This document shows, one piece after another, positions 62,545-64,000 of a stretch of DNA of 64,000 nt; the first letter of the stretch is position 1, and each line of letters begins with the position of its first letter. Below the pieces are notes generated by a model. The model did not search any database. It had not been told where the DNA came from and worked only from the letters and a program-made list of their open reading frames with translations. The stretch is from Podarcis tiliguerta. Lineage: Eukaryota. Made by a program: the position numbers and the translations under genes. Where the stretch lies: the NCBI GenBank assembly GCA_965153285.1, contig OZ229114.1; one strand, given 5' to 3'.

Positions 62545-64000
62545 CAGCTCTCCCCCCTCCCAGATCAAGTAAAGCAATGGAAATACTTAACTAACTGACC
62601 AAGAAAAGTCCTGCCACCCCTAACAAAAACCTTAGCTACGCCCATGCTTCAGGGAATGCTGAAGCTTGTCTCATAAGTTGGTTTGATCTTTGCCTCATTG
62701 CTGGTGTCCAGACTAAACAAAATTCTGCCCTTCTGCTGTTGCTGAGTTTACACTGTCAAAATAAAGTTTGTTTTCTTACTTACAAGAAAGGACACCTTTT
62801 TTTGTTCTTGGGCAGGAGCCAGGATGCCTCCCAGGGCACATGCTGCAGTTGGAAGCCCCACACTTAGTCCTGTGCCAGATAATGCTGGCCTTTGCCCACT
62901 GCTGCCACTCAACCCACCACCCACCAATGCCATCTGCTTTCCCTCTCCTAATCTGCCCCCTCATGGCACCAATGAAAGTGGAAGCTTTGCTGTATCTGGG
63001 ATGGCATGTCAGTACCCGCAGCTATGCCCCTCTTTGGCAGACTCTGCAAGTGGTCACCCTGTTATATCATGTAATTACTTCCCATCTCAATAAGAGACAT
63101 ACTCATATGCTCTTGAACATGCCTACGTAAATGAAAAAGAGACTGTGCTGTTTCTGACCAATGCGTTTTGCACTCTGAAGCTGATGCTGCTTGCCTGAAG
63201 TGTCATCATGACATCATGTTGATGCCTGAAGAGGAGGGATTGTGACCTCATGCTGCCAGAACAGTGACTGACTCCTGTGCCTTTATGTTGATGGAAATAG
63301 AAACTGACCAACATGCTGTCACATACCTTCTTCCCACCTGAAAGAGAAAGGCAGGCAGTGGCCCCTTGCCCACATGCCACTATTCTCTACACCTTAAAGC
63401 AGAAAATTTCTTAACAGTCTGTTTCCCATTCTCTCAAATGTAAGTTTAACCTCTCATTGGGAAGACAGGCAGACAAGGAAGCATCACTGTCAACCAAAGC
63501 AATCTAAGTAAGGTATGAGATGGTTGTTTTCTAACTTCTGATGGCTGCTGGTGGTACAGTCTCCCTGTGCAATGTTTACCTCCTAACTATCAGTTATTTC
63601 TCTAGTGACTAGGAGGCACTGAAAAGCCACCAGTCATCCTTTGTGGTTTAACAGTACGTTAGAGACCCAACTTGAGAAGAGTTGTAGTCCCACAGAGAAA
63701 AATGGGCAAGTAAAAGCAAATCAAGTATAAACACTGAAAACAAATAAGCATACATCTAAGCCTAGTCTGTACTCTGGTTTTGATATTAGTTGTATGAATT
63801 ACTAGAGTGGGGCTTGTGTACCTGGTTGCTGTCAGTTATGCTTGTCTATTTTTGTGAACCTGACATGTGCAGTGAGAGTTGTGTGTGTCTCTAATGCAAT
63901 ACTCACAGGAGAGGGGAGATATGAGAGAGGCTGGCAGTCATGCCAGTAAGAAGAGGGGACCGTCAGTATCAGAAGTTGTTCTGTTTTGGTTTGGTTGCCT

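Larger units (their letters stand above)
61994..62646. mobile_element. hAT MITE hosting two nested insertions
   Basis: TIRs catgggtgtag / ctacgcccatg. Perfect 8-bp TSD cttcaggg at 61986-61993 and 62647-62654. Confidence 0.85.

Noticed and set aside
30230-64000. Next CTNNA3 exon (VANLACSMS...-like)
   Set aside because: I found no matching peptide with splice sites. This is consistent with a long downstream intron.

Overview
Eukaryotic (squamate, most likely lacertid lizard) genomic DNA, AT-rich and almost entirely intronic. The only confidently identified host-gene sequences are two phase-0 coding exons of alpha-T-catenin (CTNNA3, + strand): 28211-28291 (81 nt) and 30077-30229 (153 nt). They match the exons numbered 8 and 9 in human, so bases 1-28210 should be the 3' end of the giant intron that hosts LRRTM3 in other amniotes. 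No LRRTM3 coding sequence is seen here. The rest is a dense transposon landscape: nine Sauria-type SINEs in two subfamilies (most with clear TSDs), fragments of CR1, L2, RTE and L1-like LINEs, a Gypsy integrase relic, Tc2-like and Tigger-like MITEs, hAT MITEs and (AAT)n microsatellites, with several nested insertions. Most ORFs in the track are chance or repeat-derived. The best novelty candidate is a 108-codon antisense ORF (15948-16274) with no recognisable repeat origin. It has one predicted transmembrane helix, an upstream 3' splice-site-like AG and a downstream AATAAA plus GU-rich tract, so it may be an unannotated nested micro-gene. It is unverified. No CRISPR, rRNA or prokaryotic system is present.
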